Below are positions 1 through 9,798 of a stretch of 64,000 nt of DNA, in pieces. Positions within the stretch are counted from its first letter, which is position 1; each line of letters begins with the position of its first letter. Both the position numbers and the translations under genes were made by a program. Below the pieces are notes generated by a model. That model ran no database searches, was not told where the DNA came from, and saw only the letters and a list, made by a program, of their open reading frames with translations. Source of the stretch: Bacteroidota bacterium. GTDB taxonomy: Bacteria; Bacteroidota; Bacteroidia; Bacteroidales; FEN-979. The DNA is taken from the NCBI GenBank assembly GCA_026391835.1, contig JAPLDF010000068.1:188101-252100 (forward strand). The letters are read 5' to 3'.

Positions 1-374
1 ATAAACTTGATATTCTGCCGTCCTTCGTTGATGGTCATCAATTCCTTGTAGGCCCCTGCAGGGAAAGCTCCGGCAAATTCATTGTACACGGAAACCGCCT
101 TCACAATTTTTGACGAATCAAAAGCGTATGTCAAAACCTTGAGACCGTTAAGCTGTTCCATCATTTTCTTTATTTCCACTATATTGGTATCTTTCGCATC
201 ACCCTGTCCCAACTGCATCAGCATCTGGAACATCTCTTTGGAGATATTCACAGTCGTAAAACCATCCTGTCCAGAATATTTTTCGAATACCTTATCAATC
301 GGGCTCTGGGATTTCACGAGGAGCGGCATTACCAGGAATACCATGCATACTAAACTCAACATCAACTTTTTCAT
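1..374 (-). CDS. DUF4252-like secreted protein (C-terminal end runs off the window edge)
   Basis: Absent from the ORF track because the window cuts it. Hand translation of the minus strand from ATG at 374 gives MKKLMLSLVCMVFLVMPLLVKSQSPIDKVFEKYSGQDGFTTVNISKEMFQMLMQL...YKELMTINEGRQNIKF. It has a signal peptide and the motif pattern I associate with DUF4252. That family usually follows an ECF sigma/anti-sigma pair in Bacteroidota. Confidence 0.55.
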   Translation of the reverse strand, partial: MKKLMLSLVCMVFLVMPLLVKSQSPIDKVFEKYSGQDGFTTVNISKEMFQMLMQLGQGDAKDTNIVEIKKMMEQLNGLKVLTYAFDSSKIVKAVSVYNEFAGAFPAGAYKELMTINEGRQNIKF

Positions 375-376
375 GG

Positions 377-955
377 CTATTTTGTTTTTATGGACTTATT
401 TGAAATTTCGTCCGGGTTTATAATTAGGGTTTGTGCTTGATAAAACTTATTAAAGAGCTGCATGTTTTTCATTGCCCTGTCGACCATTTGCAGCCGTTCA
501 GCCTGTTTCAGGCCATGATTGAGGTTACCGGAGACCAGCATCAGGGCCGCACTGGCATCGGCATAGGCAATCTCGGTTTCGGCGTTGCCCTGTTGTGTCA
601 ACGATCCTTTAAACATCTCATTCTGAAAGGTGAAAAACAGGCCGACCAGGATGACGATGCTTGCCGCAATGCCTGTAATGAACATCATCCTGTGACGAGC
701 AGGGTGTAGTTGTACAACCGGTGTCATGGCCGCCGGTTCAGTGGCAAACAGGGTTGTCAGTTTGTGTTCAAAATCCCGGTCTCCGAGTTCCTGCAGCTGC
801 TCATCACGGTAACATTCAAACAACGGCTGATGAGGCTTCAGGTGAACCGGCACATCAGGCCCCAGGAAATAATCGCGGAGGATCATTTCTTCCCCAAGGC
901 TGGTATCCCCTTCATAGAACTTTTCGAGCAAGGCTTCAATTTCGCTGGTATTCAT
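377..955 (-). CDS. putative membrane-anchored anti-sigma factor (hypothetical)
   Basis: 192 aa with one central TM helix (MMFITGIAASIVILVGLFFTF). It overlaps the 3' end of the ECF sigma gene by 20 nt, and its TAG stop abuts the next ATG. The call rests on position and architecture only. Confidence 0.45.
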   Translation of the reverse strand: MNTSEIEALLEKFYEGDTSLGEEMILRDYFLGPDVPVHLKPHQPLFECYRDEQLQELGDRDFEHKLTTLFATEPAAMTPVVQLHPARHRMMFITGIAASIVILVGLFFTFQNEMFKGSLTQQGNAETEIAYADASAALMLVSGNLNHGLKQAERLQMVDRAMKNMQLFNKFYQAQTLIINPDEISNKSIKTK

Positions 956-1451
956 ATAAGCTGGTTTTTGTCAACAATTCACGAATCCTTTTCCTGGCAC
1001 GGGACAAAGCAACACGTATTGCATTTTCATTCATATCTACAATTTCTGCAATCTCCTCGAATTCATACCCTTCAATATCCCTCAAATGGATAATGACCTG
1101 CTGTTGTTCAGGGAGCAATTTGATGGCCTGATGGATTCCATGGATCAGGTCCGACCGGTCAACCTTTGTTTCATCAGGCATATTTTCAAGGAACTGGCGG
1201 TGATTTTCCATATTCTCGACCGGGTATCTTTTTGCTTTAATTTTATCAAGGCACAAATTTTTTGTGGTGATCATTGCGAGCGCTTCCACACTCCGGTACT
1301 CGTCAAGTTTATCGCGCCTGTTCCAAAGTTTGATAAACACCTCCTGTACAATATCTTCAGCTTCCTCGGATTGATCAAGCATCCGTTTCGCAAAACGAAA
1401 CAGCTTGTTTTTCAATGGGTAAACCTTTATCTGGAATTCCTGGAGGTTCAT
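936..1451 (-). CDS. RNA polymerase ECF-type sigma-70 family factor
   Basis: 171 aa. Region-2-like EDIVQEVFIKLW and region-4-like LPEQQQVIIHLRDIEGYEFEEIAEIVDMNENAIRVALSRARKRIRE. Confidence 0.85.
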   Translation of the reverse strand: MNLQEFQIKVYPLKNKLFRFAKRMLDQSEEAEDIVQEVFIKLWNRRDKLDEYRSVEALAMITTKNLCLDKIKAKRYPVENMENHRQFLENMPDETKVDRSDLIHGIHQAIKLLPEQQQVIIHLRDIEGYEFEEIAEIVDMNENAIRVALSRARKRIRELLTKTSLYEYQRN

Positions 1452-1613
1452 ATGCGCAAAGAGACGATGTTCCTGTTAAAATATTACACCATTACAAACA
1501 AATATGCAAACATATGTATTTGATGATGATGGCTTGGATGGTATGCAAATTTGACTATTTTTGCAATATACATCCACAGTAACCAATGATTATTCACCAA
1601 CAACTTATTATTT

Positions 1614-3281
1614 ATGTTTAAAGGACATCCTAAAGGGCTTTATGTAGCATTTTTCGCCAATATGGGCGAAAGGTTCGGGTACTATACCATGCTGGCTATT
1701 TTCCTGCTATACCTTCAATCCAAATTTGGCTGGTCGACCACCCAGGCAGGTCATGTGTACGGTATTTTCCTGTTTGGCATCTATTTCCTGCCTCTCCTTG
1801 GGGGTGTAATTGCCGACAATGTGCTGGGATACGGAAAAACGATCCTTCTCGGGATCATCGTGATGTTTTCGGGATATGCCCTGCTGGCCATGCCGGGAAC
1901 CGGAGAATATTTCATCTACCTGGCGCTGGCAGTAATTTCATTGGGCACGGGATTGTTCAAGGGTAATTTACAGGCCCTCGTCGGCAACATGTACGACGAT
2001 CCAAAATACAGCAAACTGAGGGACTCCGCCTTCAACCTCTTCTACATGGGGATCAACATCGGCGCTTTTTTTGCCCCGAGCGCGGCAGGCGGAATGCGCA
2101 ACTGGATTCTTGCACGCAGCGGATTTACCTATGATTCCGCCATTCCAAATCTGGCCCATAAATTTTTAAACGGAACACTCGAAAACACCAGCCAGCTTGA
2201 AGCGTTCGCACATACCCAGGCCGGAGGCCGCATTACCGACCTTACCGAATTTTGCAATCAGTACATTGCGAGCATCAGCGCAGCTTACAATGCCGGTTTC
2301 GCAGTGGCAGCTGTAAGCATGATCGCCTCGCTGGCAATTTTCATCGGGTTCAGAAAATATTACAAAGCAGCCGACGTAACGCACAAACAACAAAAAGCAG
2401 CAAAGTCCTCCAACCTGGTCGAACTTACCGCAAGCCAGACCAAAGACAGGCTCATTGCACTTGGCCTGGTTTTCTTTGTCGTAATGTTTTTCTGGATGGC
2501 ATTTCACCAGAACGGCTTCACGCTGACCATCTTTGCCAGGGACTATACGGTTTCATCCGTATCCCGTGGTTCTGCGATCATCTTCAACCTTGCAACTTTT
2601 TTACCATTGCTGATCGCCATTCTGGGTTTTGTCCTGCTCTTTGGTAAGGGCAGCTCGCAAAAAACGAAAATCATCGGGGCACTGGTGGCGATTGGTTCAA
2701 TCATCGTGGCATTTTTCACCATTCGCCAGCTTCAGCCCGAAGGAAACCCGATTTCACCGGAGATTTTTCAGCAATTCAACCCTATTTTTATTGTATTTGT
2801 GACGCCAATCATCATCGGTTTCTTTGCCTATCTCAGTAAAAATGGGAAAGAGCCCTCGTCGCCCAAGAAGATCGGGATCGGGATGCTTATCACAGCGATC
2901 GGATTCCTGATCATGGTACTCGCTTCACAGGGTTTGATGAGCCCGGCTGAACTGGCTGTAAAAGGGGGTGTTTCTGATACGCTCCGTTCGCCATACTGGC
3001 TGATCGGCACATATTTTACTTTAACCATCGCTGAATTGTTCCTCAGCCCGATTGGGATTTCGTTTGTTTCAAAAGTTGCACCGCCTCAATTCAAGGGCCT
3101 GGCCCAGGGAGGCTGGTTTGGAGCAACCGCCATCGGCAACATGATGGCCGGCTTTATCGGTCCGTTCTGGGATAAATGGCAACTCTGGCAGTTCTTCATG
3201 TTACTGGTTTGTCTTACCGTATTGTCCGCCATTTTCATTTTCTCAATCCTTAAACGGCTTGAACGGGCAACAACAAGCTAG
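1614..3281 (+). CDS. POT/PTR2 family proton-dependent di/tripeptide transporter
   Basis: 555 aa polytopic membrane protein. The N-terminus GHPKGLYVAFFANMGERFGYYTMLAIFLLYL matches the PTR2 signature region. Confidence 0.85.
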   Translation: MFKGHPKGLYVAFFANMGERFGYYTMLAIFLLYLQSKFGWSTTQAGHVYGIFLFGIYFLPLLGGVIADNVLGYGKTILLGIIVMFSGYALLAMPGTGEYFIYLALAVISLGTGLFKGNLQALVGNMYDDPKYSKLRDSAFNLFYMGINIGAFFAPSAAGGMRNWILARSGFTYDSAIPNLAHKFLNGTLENTSQLEAFAHTQAGGRITDLTEFCNQYIASISAAYNAGFAVAAVSMIASLAIFIGFRKYYKAADVTHKQQKAAKSSNLVELTASQTKDRLIALGLVFFVVMFFWMAFHQNGFTLTIFARDYTVSSVSRGSAIIFNLATFLPLLIAILGFVLLFGKGSSQKTKIIGALVAIGSIIVAFFTIRQLQPEGNPISPEIFQQFNPIFIVFVTPIIIGFFAYLSKNGKEPSSPKKIGIGMLITAIGFLIMVLASQGLMSPAELAVKGGVSDTLRSPYWLIGTYFTLTIAELFLSPIGISFVSKVAPPQFKGLAQGGWFGATAIGNMMAGFIGPFWDKWQLWQFFMLLVCLTVLSAIFIFSILKRLERATTS

Positions 3282-3309
3282 CGCATTATAATATCCTCAC
3301 TAACTTTGT

Positions 3310-3359
3310 CCGGGGGTGCTGGGACGCATTTAGATGCATCTTTGCAGCCCCGGTTTTTT
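3310..3359 (+). terminator. candidate intrinsic terminator after the POT transporter
   Basis: ccgggggtgc (3310-3319) pairs 9/10 with gcagccccgg (3344-3353). There is an inner gcat/atgc stem, followed by TTTTTT (3354-3359). It overlaps the ATG at 3334, so the radical SAM gene may really start further downstream. Confidence 0.4.
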
Positions 3360-4512
3360 AATATCGAATATTGAACAACGAATTTTGAATAACGAACATT
3401 TTTCCTGGGGGCACACCCGACGGTTTAACTCTTATACGGAACATATCCGGAAAACATTTGGCGGACGGATGCAGAAGGTGGTGGTAGATGCCGGGTTTAC
3501 CTGTCCCAACCGGGATGGCACCAAAGGCACCGGCGGGTGCACCTATTGCAACAACGATGCATTCAACCCCTCCTACTGCAACCCGGTTGAACCGCTGCAC
3601 TACCAGATTGCAAAAGGCATCGGGTTTCACCTGGTCCGTTACCGCAAAGCTACGAAATACCTGGTTTATTTCCAGCCTTACAGCAACACCTATGCGCCCC
3701 TGGCTAGGCTGAAGGAACTGTATGAAGATGCACTTGCCTACCCGGATGTTGTCGGGCTCGTGATCGGGACCCGCCCCGATTGCATTGATGAAGCCAAACT
3801 GGACTATCTCAGGGAACTCTCGTTGAAACACTACATCCAGGTTGAATACGGCATTGAGTCGTGCAATGATAAAACCCTGAACCGGATCAACCGGCAGCAT
3901 GATTTCGCCATTGCGGAGCAGGTAATCAGGATGACACATGACCGCGGGATTAAAACGGGCGCACACCTCATTTTTGGTTTGCCGGGTGAATCACCGGACG
4001 AGATGCTCGCAACGGCTAAAACGATCTCGGAACTGCCGCTTGATTCTGTTAAATTCCACCAGCTGCAGGTTGTAAAGGGAACGGCCATGGAACATGAATT
4101 TGAGGAGAACCCTTCTGATTTTCATCAATTCACCCTGGAAGGGTATATTCGATTCATTATCAGGTTTGTGGAACAGCTTAACCCCGCCATTGTCATTGAA
4201 CGGTTTTCGGGGGAGGTCCCCCCGCGATTCATGAAATCATTTGATCCTGCCGGGGCGGGTTCGATTGATTCTGTCGGGGCGGGTTCGATTGATTCTGTCG
4301 GGGCGGGTCCGATTGATTCTGTCGGGGCGGGTTCGATTGATTCTGTCGGGGCGGGATCGATTGATTCTGTCGGGGCGGGTTCGATTGATTCTGTCGGGGC
4401 GGGTTCGATTGATTCTGTCGGGGCGGGTTCGATTGATTCTGTCGGGGCGGGTTCGATTGATTCTGTCGGGGCGGGTTCGATTGATTCTGTCGGGGCGGGT
4501 TCGAGCGTCTGA
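3334..4512 (+). CDS. TIGR01212-type radical SAM protein (YhcC/YtqA-like) with a C-terminal (GAGSIDSV)n repeat
   Basis: CPNRDGTKGTGGCTYCN is a CxxxxxxxxxCxxC-type radical SAM cluster motif. Family-like blocks are VYFQPYSNTYAP and GTRPDC. The start codon is uncertain. The C-terminus is replaced by the tandem repeat. Confidence 0.8.
   Translation: MHLCSPGFLISNIEQRILNNEHFSWGHTRRFNSYTEHIRKTFGGRMQKVVVDAGFTCPNRDGTKGTGGCTYCNNDAFNPSYCNPVEPLHYQIAKGIGFHLVRYRKATKYLVYFQPYSNTYAPLARLKELYEDALAYPDVVGLVIGTRPDCIDEAKLDYLRELSLKHYIQVEYGIESCNDKTLNRINRQHDFAIAEQVIRMTHDRGIKTGAHLIFGLPGESPDEMLATAKTISELPLDSVKFHQLQVVKGTAMEHEFEENPSDFHQFTLEGYIRFIIRFVEQLNPAIVIERFSGEVPPRFMKSFDPAGAGSIDSVGAGSIDSVGAGPIDSVGAGSIDSVGAGSIDSVGAGSIDSVGAGSIDSVGAGSIDSVGAGSIDSVGAGSIDSVGAGSSV
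4251..4504. repeat. 24-bp tandem minisatellite, 10 full copies plus a 14-nt partial copy
   Basis: The unit cggggcgggttcgattgattctgt was counted directly. There are only two substitutions, in copy 3 (gggtcc) and copy 5 (gggatc). A degenerate seed copy lies at 4237-4250. Confidence 0.95.
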
Positions 4513-4555
4513 TCGAAAAGGAACTGGAACTGCAGGATACCTGGCAGGGAAAATA

Positions 4556-5245
4556 TTATACGTGAAGGGAGACATTCGAGGCCATGATGGCCCTTGAAAT
4601 GGCTGTCTGTAAAAGCTTCATCACCTCCTCCGTTTCTGTGGCGGGAATTTTAAACTGGGTGATTTCGTTGATCTTGCCGCGAAGTTTTATATACTGAATG
4701 TATCCGCCAAAATTCTTCCGAACCATTTTACAACTGTTCATCACAACAAGCATCATCACTTCCTGGTCAGTCAATATACTGCCCGAAACGACGCTTTCAC
4801 AGATCTGCTCCTGCAATTTACGTTTTGCTTCGATATTGAGCAGGGGATATTTGGTTTGATAAAAAACCACCATCAGGCTGTATTCTTCCCTGGTGATGTA
4901 CTTGTTCTGAATCAGTTGTTTTAATAACGTTTTCCGGAGGAGGAGCTTTTTATAAACGATACGCTGGATCCAGGAACGGAGACCCCTGGCTTTCTTGGCC
5001 GATTTGATAAGGTTCAGCACCCTGTCGAGTATTACATCGTCGGTTGATTTGGCATTGATCACAACGACTTCATCGGCTGTAAACCTGATCCGGCCTTTCT
5101 GGTACAATTCGAAAAGAATGGCAGCAACCAGCCCGAACTTTATTTTATGTTCCGATGACCCAAACCATCCCTTATCGTCGAGGGCAAGCAGGACAATTTT
5201 CTGGAGATAGGTCAATTCACTGATTTTTTCTGATTTATCCATCAA
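4556..5245 (-). CDS. GPP34/GOLPH3 family protein
   Basis: 229 aa. LQKIVLLALDDKGWFGSS...GLVAAILFELYQKGRIRF matches the family-typical N-terminal pattern. Confidence 0.65.
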   Translation of the reverse strand: MMDKSEKISELTYLQKIVLLALDDKGWFGSSEHKIKFGLVAAILFELYQKGRIRFTADEVVVINAKSTDDVILDRVLNLIKSAKKARGLRSWIQRIVYKKLLLRKTLLKQLIQNKYITREEYSLMVVFYQTKYPLLNIEAKRKLQEQICESVVSGSILTDQEVMMLVVMNSCKMVRKNFGGYIQYIKLRGKINEITQFKIPATETEEVMKLLQTAISRAIMASNVSLHV

Positions 5246-5302
5246 ATAACGGGGAAATTATTTCCGGTGATAAAAATAAAGAAAATTTTACTGCAAAAAC
5301 AT

Positions 5303-6064
5303 TTAATTAAATGTTCCCCCAAGGTAAAGTTTAGTCTTTTCCATTTTGGGGTTTCCAAAAACCTCTTCCACACTGCCCTGTTCGATCACCTCGCCGAGGT
5401 ACATGAACACCACGTTGTCGGCAATGCGTTTCGCCTGGCGCAGCACATGGGTAACCAACACAATTGTATAGTCGTTCCTGAGCCTGCCAAACGTTTCCTC
5501 AATGAACTGGCTTGAGATCGGGTCAAGGGCGGAAGTAGGTTCATCTGCCAGGATGATTTCAGGATTGACAGCCAGCCCCCGTGCCAGGCACAACCGCTGC
5601 TGCTGTCCGATCGACAGACGGGAAGCCGGTTCGCGAAGGCGGGTTCTGATCTCATCCCACAGGTTGGCCTGCTGAAGGTAATGCATGACGAGTTTATGTG
5701 TCTCCCTCCGGTTCCTGATTCCCCTGAGTTTCAACGCATATGCAATATTGTTGTATATGGTCATGGGCAATGGATAGGGACGCTGCGACAACAGGCCCAT
5801 CTGCTGCCTCAGTTTATAAATATCTTCCTTCGCCTCCAGGATGTTGTTGTCATCAATCATGATCCTACCGCTCACCTTCAACTCGGGATAGAGATCGGTA
5901 AGCCTGTTCAGGCACTTCAGCAAGGTGGTCTTTCCGCATCCTGAAGGGCCCAGAATGACCGTGATCTTATTCTTTGGAATCTCGATGTTGACATTCTTCA
6001 GAATCTGGGTTTTCCCTGCAAATACGTTTAAGTCCCTGATCTCTATTTTTGTATCCTGATCCAT
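5303..6064 (-). CDS. pstB: phosphate ABC transporter ATP-binding protein
   Basis: Walker A GPSGCGKTT, signature LSIGQQQRL and Walker B ILADEPTSALD. It sits directly downstream of pstSCA. Confidence 0.95.
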   Translation of the reverse strand: MDQDTKIEIRDLNVFAGKTQILKNVNIEIPKNKITVILGPSGCGKTTLLKCLNRLTDLYPELKVSGRIMIDDNNILEAKEDIYKLRQQMGLLSQRPYPLPMTIYNNIAYALKLRGIRNRRETHKLVMHYLQQANLWDEIRTRLREPASRLSIGQQQRLCLARGLAVNPEIILADEPTSALDPISSQFIEETFGRLRNDYTIVLVTHVLRQAKRIADNVVFMYLGEVIEQGSVEEVFGNPKMEKTKLYLGGTFN

Positions 6065-6076
6065 CCGGTGTTCAAG

Positions 6077-6934
6077 CTAGAAATTGATTTTTGTTTTGTG
6101 GTAGCGCTTGCCAAGCCCACGGGAAAACAAACTTACGATTAAAATAATTAGCGTCAACACCAGTGCTGAGGCATATGCCCGGTTTTGAACCTCCGGTACA
6201 GGTGAAGAGAGCTGGAAGAAGATTGACAAAGGCAGTGTGGCCACGGGTTCCAGCAAACCATTCGGCAGGTGGTCGGTATAACCGGCCGTAAATAAAACAG
6301 CTGCGGCATCGCCGATTCCCCGGCCGAAGGAAAGCAAAACAGCGGTTATGATCCCGGAGAACGACTGGCGTGTGAATATTTTAAAGGCTATTTCCGACTT
6401 GTTTGAACCCAGTGAATACGCGGCTTCCTGCAATCCGATCGGGACAGTGCACAGGATCTCGTCCATCGAACGGATCATGATGGGCAGGATGAACAGTGTC
6501 ACCGTAAGGATACCGGCCAGAAGCGAAGTTTGCAGTCCAAAGAAAATCATCAGTGAGAAACCGAAAGCCCCATATACAATCGATGGGATTCCCCATACAA
6601 GGTCGAGCAGGAAGCGGATCACACTCACTACCCGTTTATGCCGGATCAGGAAAACATTGAGATAAAGGGCCACGGGCATCCCGATGATAAAAGCCAGTAC
6701 GGTTGCGCCAAACGCCAGTGAAAGGGATCCGAGTATCGCGTTCAGGATCCCGCCGCCTTTTCCATAGTAGTAACCTCCATGCGGTACCTGCGTCAGCATT
6801 TCCCAGGAAATCGATTTCAGCCCCTTTTCAAAAATGCTGTAAATAATGATTGCAAGAATAGCAAGAATGAAATAGGTTGCAATGATCATCAGCAACTTGA
6901 AAAACTTTTCTTCTATTTTCTGTGCTCGTGTCAA
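6077..6934 (-). CDS. pstA: phosphate ABC transporter permease
   Basis: 285 aa polytopic permease located between pstC and pstB. Confidence 0.9.
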   Translation of the reverse strand: MTRAQKIEEKFFKLLMIIATYFILAILAIIIYSIFEKGLKSISWEMLTQVPHGGYYYGKGGGILNAILGSLSLAFGATVLAFIIGMPVALYLNVFLIRHKRVVSVIRFLLDLVWGIPSIVYGAFGFSLMIFFGLQTSLLAGILTVTLFILPIMIRSMDEILCTVPIGLQEAAYSLGSNKSEIAFKIFTRQSFSGIITAVLLSFGRGIGDAAAVLFTAGYTDHLPNGLLEPVATLPLSIFFQLSSPVPEVQNRAYASALVLTLIILIVSLFSRGLGKRYHKTKINF

Positions 6935-6937
6935 TGG

Positions 6938-7828
6938 TTAATATTTGTTGTACCTGACGATAAAAAAATGCATGACAAGATTAAAAAAGAGCGAGACGGC
7001 CAGCAGCAGCAGTGCCGCGAACATCAGCGCAGAGTCGTATTTCGGGATTGAAAGCATCTCCCCGTAATTGTTGGCTATCAGCGCCGGCAGCGTATAACCG
7101 GGATCAAACACACTTTTGGGCAGCCGGACAACATTCCCTACCACCATCAGCACCGCCATGGTTTCCCCGAACGCACGGGCCAGTCCAAACCCAAAAGCTG
7201 CAATAATTCCCGGCAGGGCTTTTTTGACAAGCACATGTTTGATGGTTTGCCACTGGGTGGCCCCCAGCGACAGCGCAGCCTCCTTCAATTCGGTAGGGAT
7301 AGACCTGAAAATTTCGATCAGGATATTCAGCACGAACGGGATGATCATGATAGAGAGCACGAATGAAGCAGCCAGGATGCTGTATCCCATGGTTTTAACG
7401 CCCAGCCAGGGGCCGAGGTACCTCGAAATGAATGGTACGATGACCAGGATTCCCCAGAGGCCATACACGACCGAAGGAATCCCTGCAAGGATGTCGATGG
7501 CAGGATGCATGATGCGCAGGAAGAACTTCTTTGTATACTGCGTAACATAGATCGCAGTAAGCAGGCAAACCGGCGCAGTAATCATCATCGCCACCACCGT
7601 CACCCATATTGAACCTACGATGAAGGGATAAAATCCGAATTTGCCCGCTGAAGGCTTCCAGATTTTAGAAAAAATCAGGTCGCCAAGGGAATAATCATGC
7701 AGAAGCAGGACAGATTTAAGATAGAGGCCAATGAAAAGCAGGAAAGGTAAAAAAGCAACCAGCAGCAGACTGATGATCATCCACGTAGTGTTGACGGTAT
7801 GACGCTGGGCCCGGTTGAGAAGATACAT
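6938..7828 (-). CDS. pstC: phosphate ABC transporter permease
   Basis: 296 aa polytopic permease. An EAA-like loop (ELKEAALSLGATQWQT) is present. Confidence 0.9.
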   Translation of the reverse strand: MYLLNRAQRHTVNTTWMIISLLLVAFLPFLLFIGLYLKSVLLLHDYSLGDLIFSKIWKPSAGKFGFYPFIVGSIWVTVVAMMITAPVCLLTAIYVTQYTKKFFLRIMHPAIDILAGIPSVVYGLWGILVIVPFISRYLGPWLGVKTMGYSILAASFVLSIMIIPFVLNILIEIFRSIPTELKEAALSLGATQWQTIKHVLVKKALPGIIAAFGFGLARAFGETMAVLMVVGNVVRLPKSVFDPGYTLPALIANNYGEMLSIPKYDSALMFAALLLLAVSLFFNLVMHFFIVRYNKY

Positions 7829-7829
7829 T

Positions 7830-8813
7830 TCAGTTCAACTTTTGCAGTTCAGTGGCGACCTGTTCAGGTTTGATGGTAACATAACCCGCTTCAGTGACGA
7901 ACTTCTGGCCGTCGGACAGGACCCATTTGAGGAATGTCTGAACCAGTTTATCCCCTGGTTTTCCAGCCGAAACAAAATAGAGGTCGCGTGCAGGCGGGGA
8001 GGGATATTTCCCGTCGTTAATGGCCTTCATGACCTGGTCCATGCTTCCGTAAAAGTCCTCATCGGGATCGATCATTCCGTTTTCGTTCAGGTCGATCGGG
8101 ATGACATCCAATCCAGCATATATTTTCCGGGTTGACATTTCGTAAACAAACCCCAGGTTGTTAAAACCGATGCCTTCAGGTGTCCGGCGCACAGCATCCG
8201 CCACACCGGGATCGCCGTTCACACCAAGCCCCTGCAGGTCTTCCTGTTTTTTCCCATTCAGGTATTTTGCCCACATCTCGGCAGCACCGCAGGCATCGGA
8301 ACGTGTAAATGCATTGAGTTCAACTTTGGAGGTATTGCCAACAGCCTGTCCCCAGGTGGTGATTTTTCCGCTGATAAAAATATCATAGAATTTCTGCCGG
8401 GTGAGCCCCTTCTTTTTAAGCTCAGCCAGCACCGGGTTGTGCGCATTGATGGTTGGCAGCACGGCATCCTTGGCTACGGCGATCCACCACGCGCCTTTTG
8501 CCTGTTCTTCGGGACTTACCGATTTTGAATACATTCCGAGGTCGACCATTTTCGACAGGGCATCGGTCATTCCTTTCCCGGCACCGCCGGCAGAAACGTT
8601 GACGGTGACCTCAGGATGTAATTTCTGGAACTCCTCCGCCCATTTTACTGCCAGCGGATAAAGTGCGAATGCACCTGATAACGTGATTTTTCCCTTGACA
8701 GTGTCGCCAGCCGCGTTTGAGGAATTCCCCGAACGGTTGCAGGAATAGAAAGATGAAAGCAGGATAAGCCCGGTAAACAGTACAACTGCTGAAATAGAAA
8801 TCTTCCGGTTCAT
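7830..8813 (-). CDS. pstS: phosphate-binding lipoprotein, PstS family
   Basis: Lipoprotein signal LLSSFYSC. The block ITLSGAFALYPLAVKWAEEF...SAGGAGKG is PBP-like. It is the first gene of pstSCAB. Confidence 0.9.
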   Translation of the reverse strand: MNRKISISAVVLFTGLILLSSFYSCNRSGNSSNAAGDTVKGKITLSGAFALYPLAVKWAEEFQKLHPEVTVNVSAGGAGKGMTDALSKMVDLGMYSKSVSPEEQAKGAWWIAVAKDAVLPTINAHNPVLAELKKKGLTRQKFYDIFISGKITTWGQAVGNTSKVELNAFTRSDACGAAEMWAKYLNGKKQEDLQGLGVNGDPGVADAVRRTPEGIGFNNLGFVYEMSTRKIYAGLDVIPIDLNENGMIDPDEDFYGSMDQVMKAINDGKYPSPPARDLYFVSAGKPGDKLVQTFLKWVLSDGQKFVTEAGYVTIKPEQVATELQKLN

Positions 8814-9787
8814 ATGACCATGGTTTTAATAAAGTGGTTGATAATTCCTTCCACACTAATTCCTTCGGCCTCGGCTTTATAGTTCCTCACAATACGGTGC
8901 CTGAGGACAGAGGTAGCAACAGCCCGCACGTCTTCGATATCGGGGGAGTATTTCCCGTTGAGCACGGCATGGCATTTTGCGCCGAGAATCAGGTATTGTG
9001 ATGCCCGAGGCCCGGCACCCCAGGTAAGGTATTCATTGGCCCATGAATTTGCTTTGGCCGTTTTTGGCCGGGTTGACGAGACCAGGTTGACGGCAAAGTG
9101 GAATACGTTATCGGGGACGGGAATTTTCCGGATGAGGTTCTGGAAGAAGAGGATCTCCTCGGCCGACAGTACGACAGACGGTGTAACCGTTTTTTCGGTA
9201 GTTGTTGCCTTCACAATCCGGATCTCCTCGTCAAACGAGGGATAATCGAGCCAGATGTTGAACATGAACCGGTCGAGCTGGGCCTCGGGAAGAGGATAGG
9301 TGCCTTCCTGTTCGATGGGGTTCTGGGTAGCCAGCACGAAAAAAGGCTCTGTAAGGTGATAACTGGTACCGGCAACGGTAACAGCTTTCTCCTGCATAGC
9401 TTCCAACAGGGCCGATTGCGTTTTGGGCGGGGTGCGGTTTATTTCATCTGCAAGGATGATGTTGGCAAAAACCGGTCCTTTAATAAACCGGAAATGACGG
9501 TTCTCGTCCAATATTTCAGTACCGATAATGTCGGAAGGCATTAAATCGGGTGTAAACTGAATCCGGCTGTAACTAAGTCCAAGCGCTTTCGACAGGGTAT
9601 TCACCATCAGCGTTTTTGCCAGGCCGGGCACACCTACAAGCAGGCAGTGTCCCTTACAAAAAATGGAGATGAGGAGATTTTTAACCACCTCATCCTGGCC
9701 AACGATCACCTTGCCAATTTCAGCTTTTAAAAGATTATATTTTTCTACAAGAGCATCTACTGCTTCAACATCTGACGAAAATTGCAT
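8810..9787 (-). CDS. moxR: MoxR-family AAA+ ATPase
   Basis: VGQDEVVKNLLISIFCKGHCLLVGVPGLAKT, FTPDLMPSDIIGT and Walker B ILADEINR. Confidence 0.9.
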   Translation of the reverse strand: MQFSSDVEAVDALVEKYNLLKAEIGKVIVGQDEVVKNLLISIFCKGHCLLVGVPGLAKTLMVNTLSKALGLSYSRIQFTPDLMPSDIIGTEILDENRHFRFIKGPVFANIILADEINRTPPKTQSALLEAMQEKAVTVAGTSYHLTEPFFVLATQNPIEQEGTYPLPEAQLDRFMFNIWLDYPSFDEEIRIVKATTTEKTVTPSVVLSAEEILFFQNLIRKIPVPDNVFHFAVNLVSSTRPKTAKANSWANEYLTWGAGPRASQYLILGAKCHAVLNGKYSPDIEDVRAVATSVLRHRIVRNYKAEAEGISVEGIINHFIKTMVI

Positions 9788-9798
9788 GTTTTTACGGT

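Noticed and set aside
4251-4504. Possible CRISPR array because of regularly spaced identical repeats.
   Set aside because: The repeats are contiguous 24-mers with no unique spacers, they lie inside a CDS, and no cas genes are in the window.
4237-4597. ORFs encoding (RTRPDRIN)n on the minus strand and (GRVRLILS)n in the +1 frame.
   Set aside because: These are alternative-frame readings of the 24-bp minisatellite. Only the (GAGSIDSV)n frame is continuous with the radical SAM domain.
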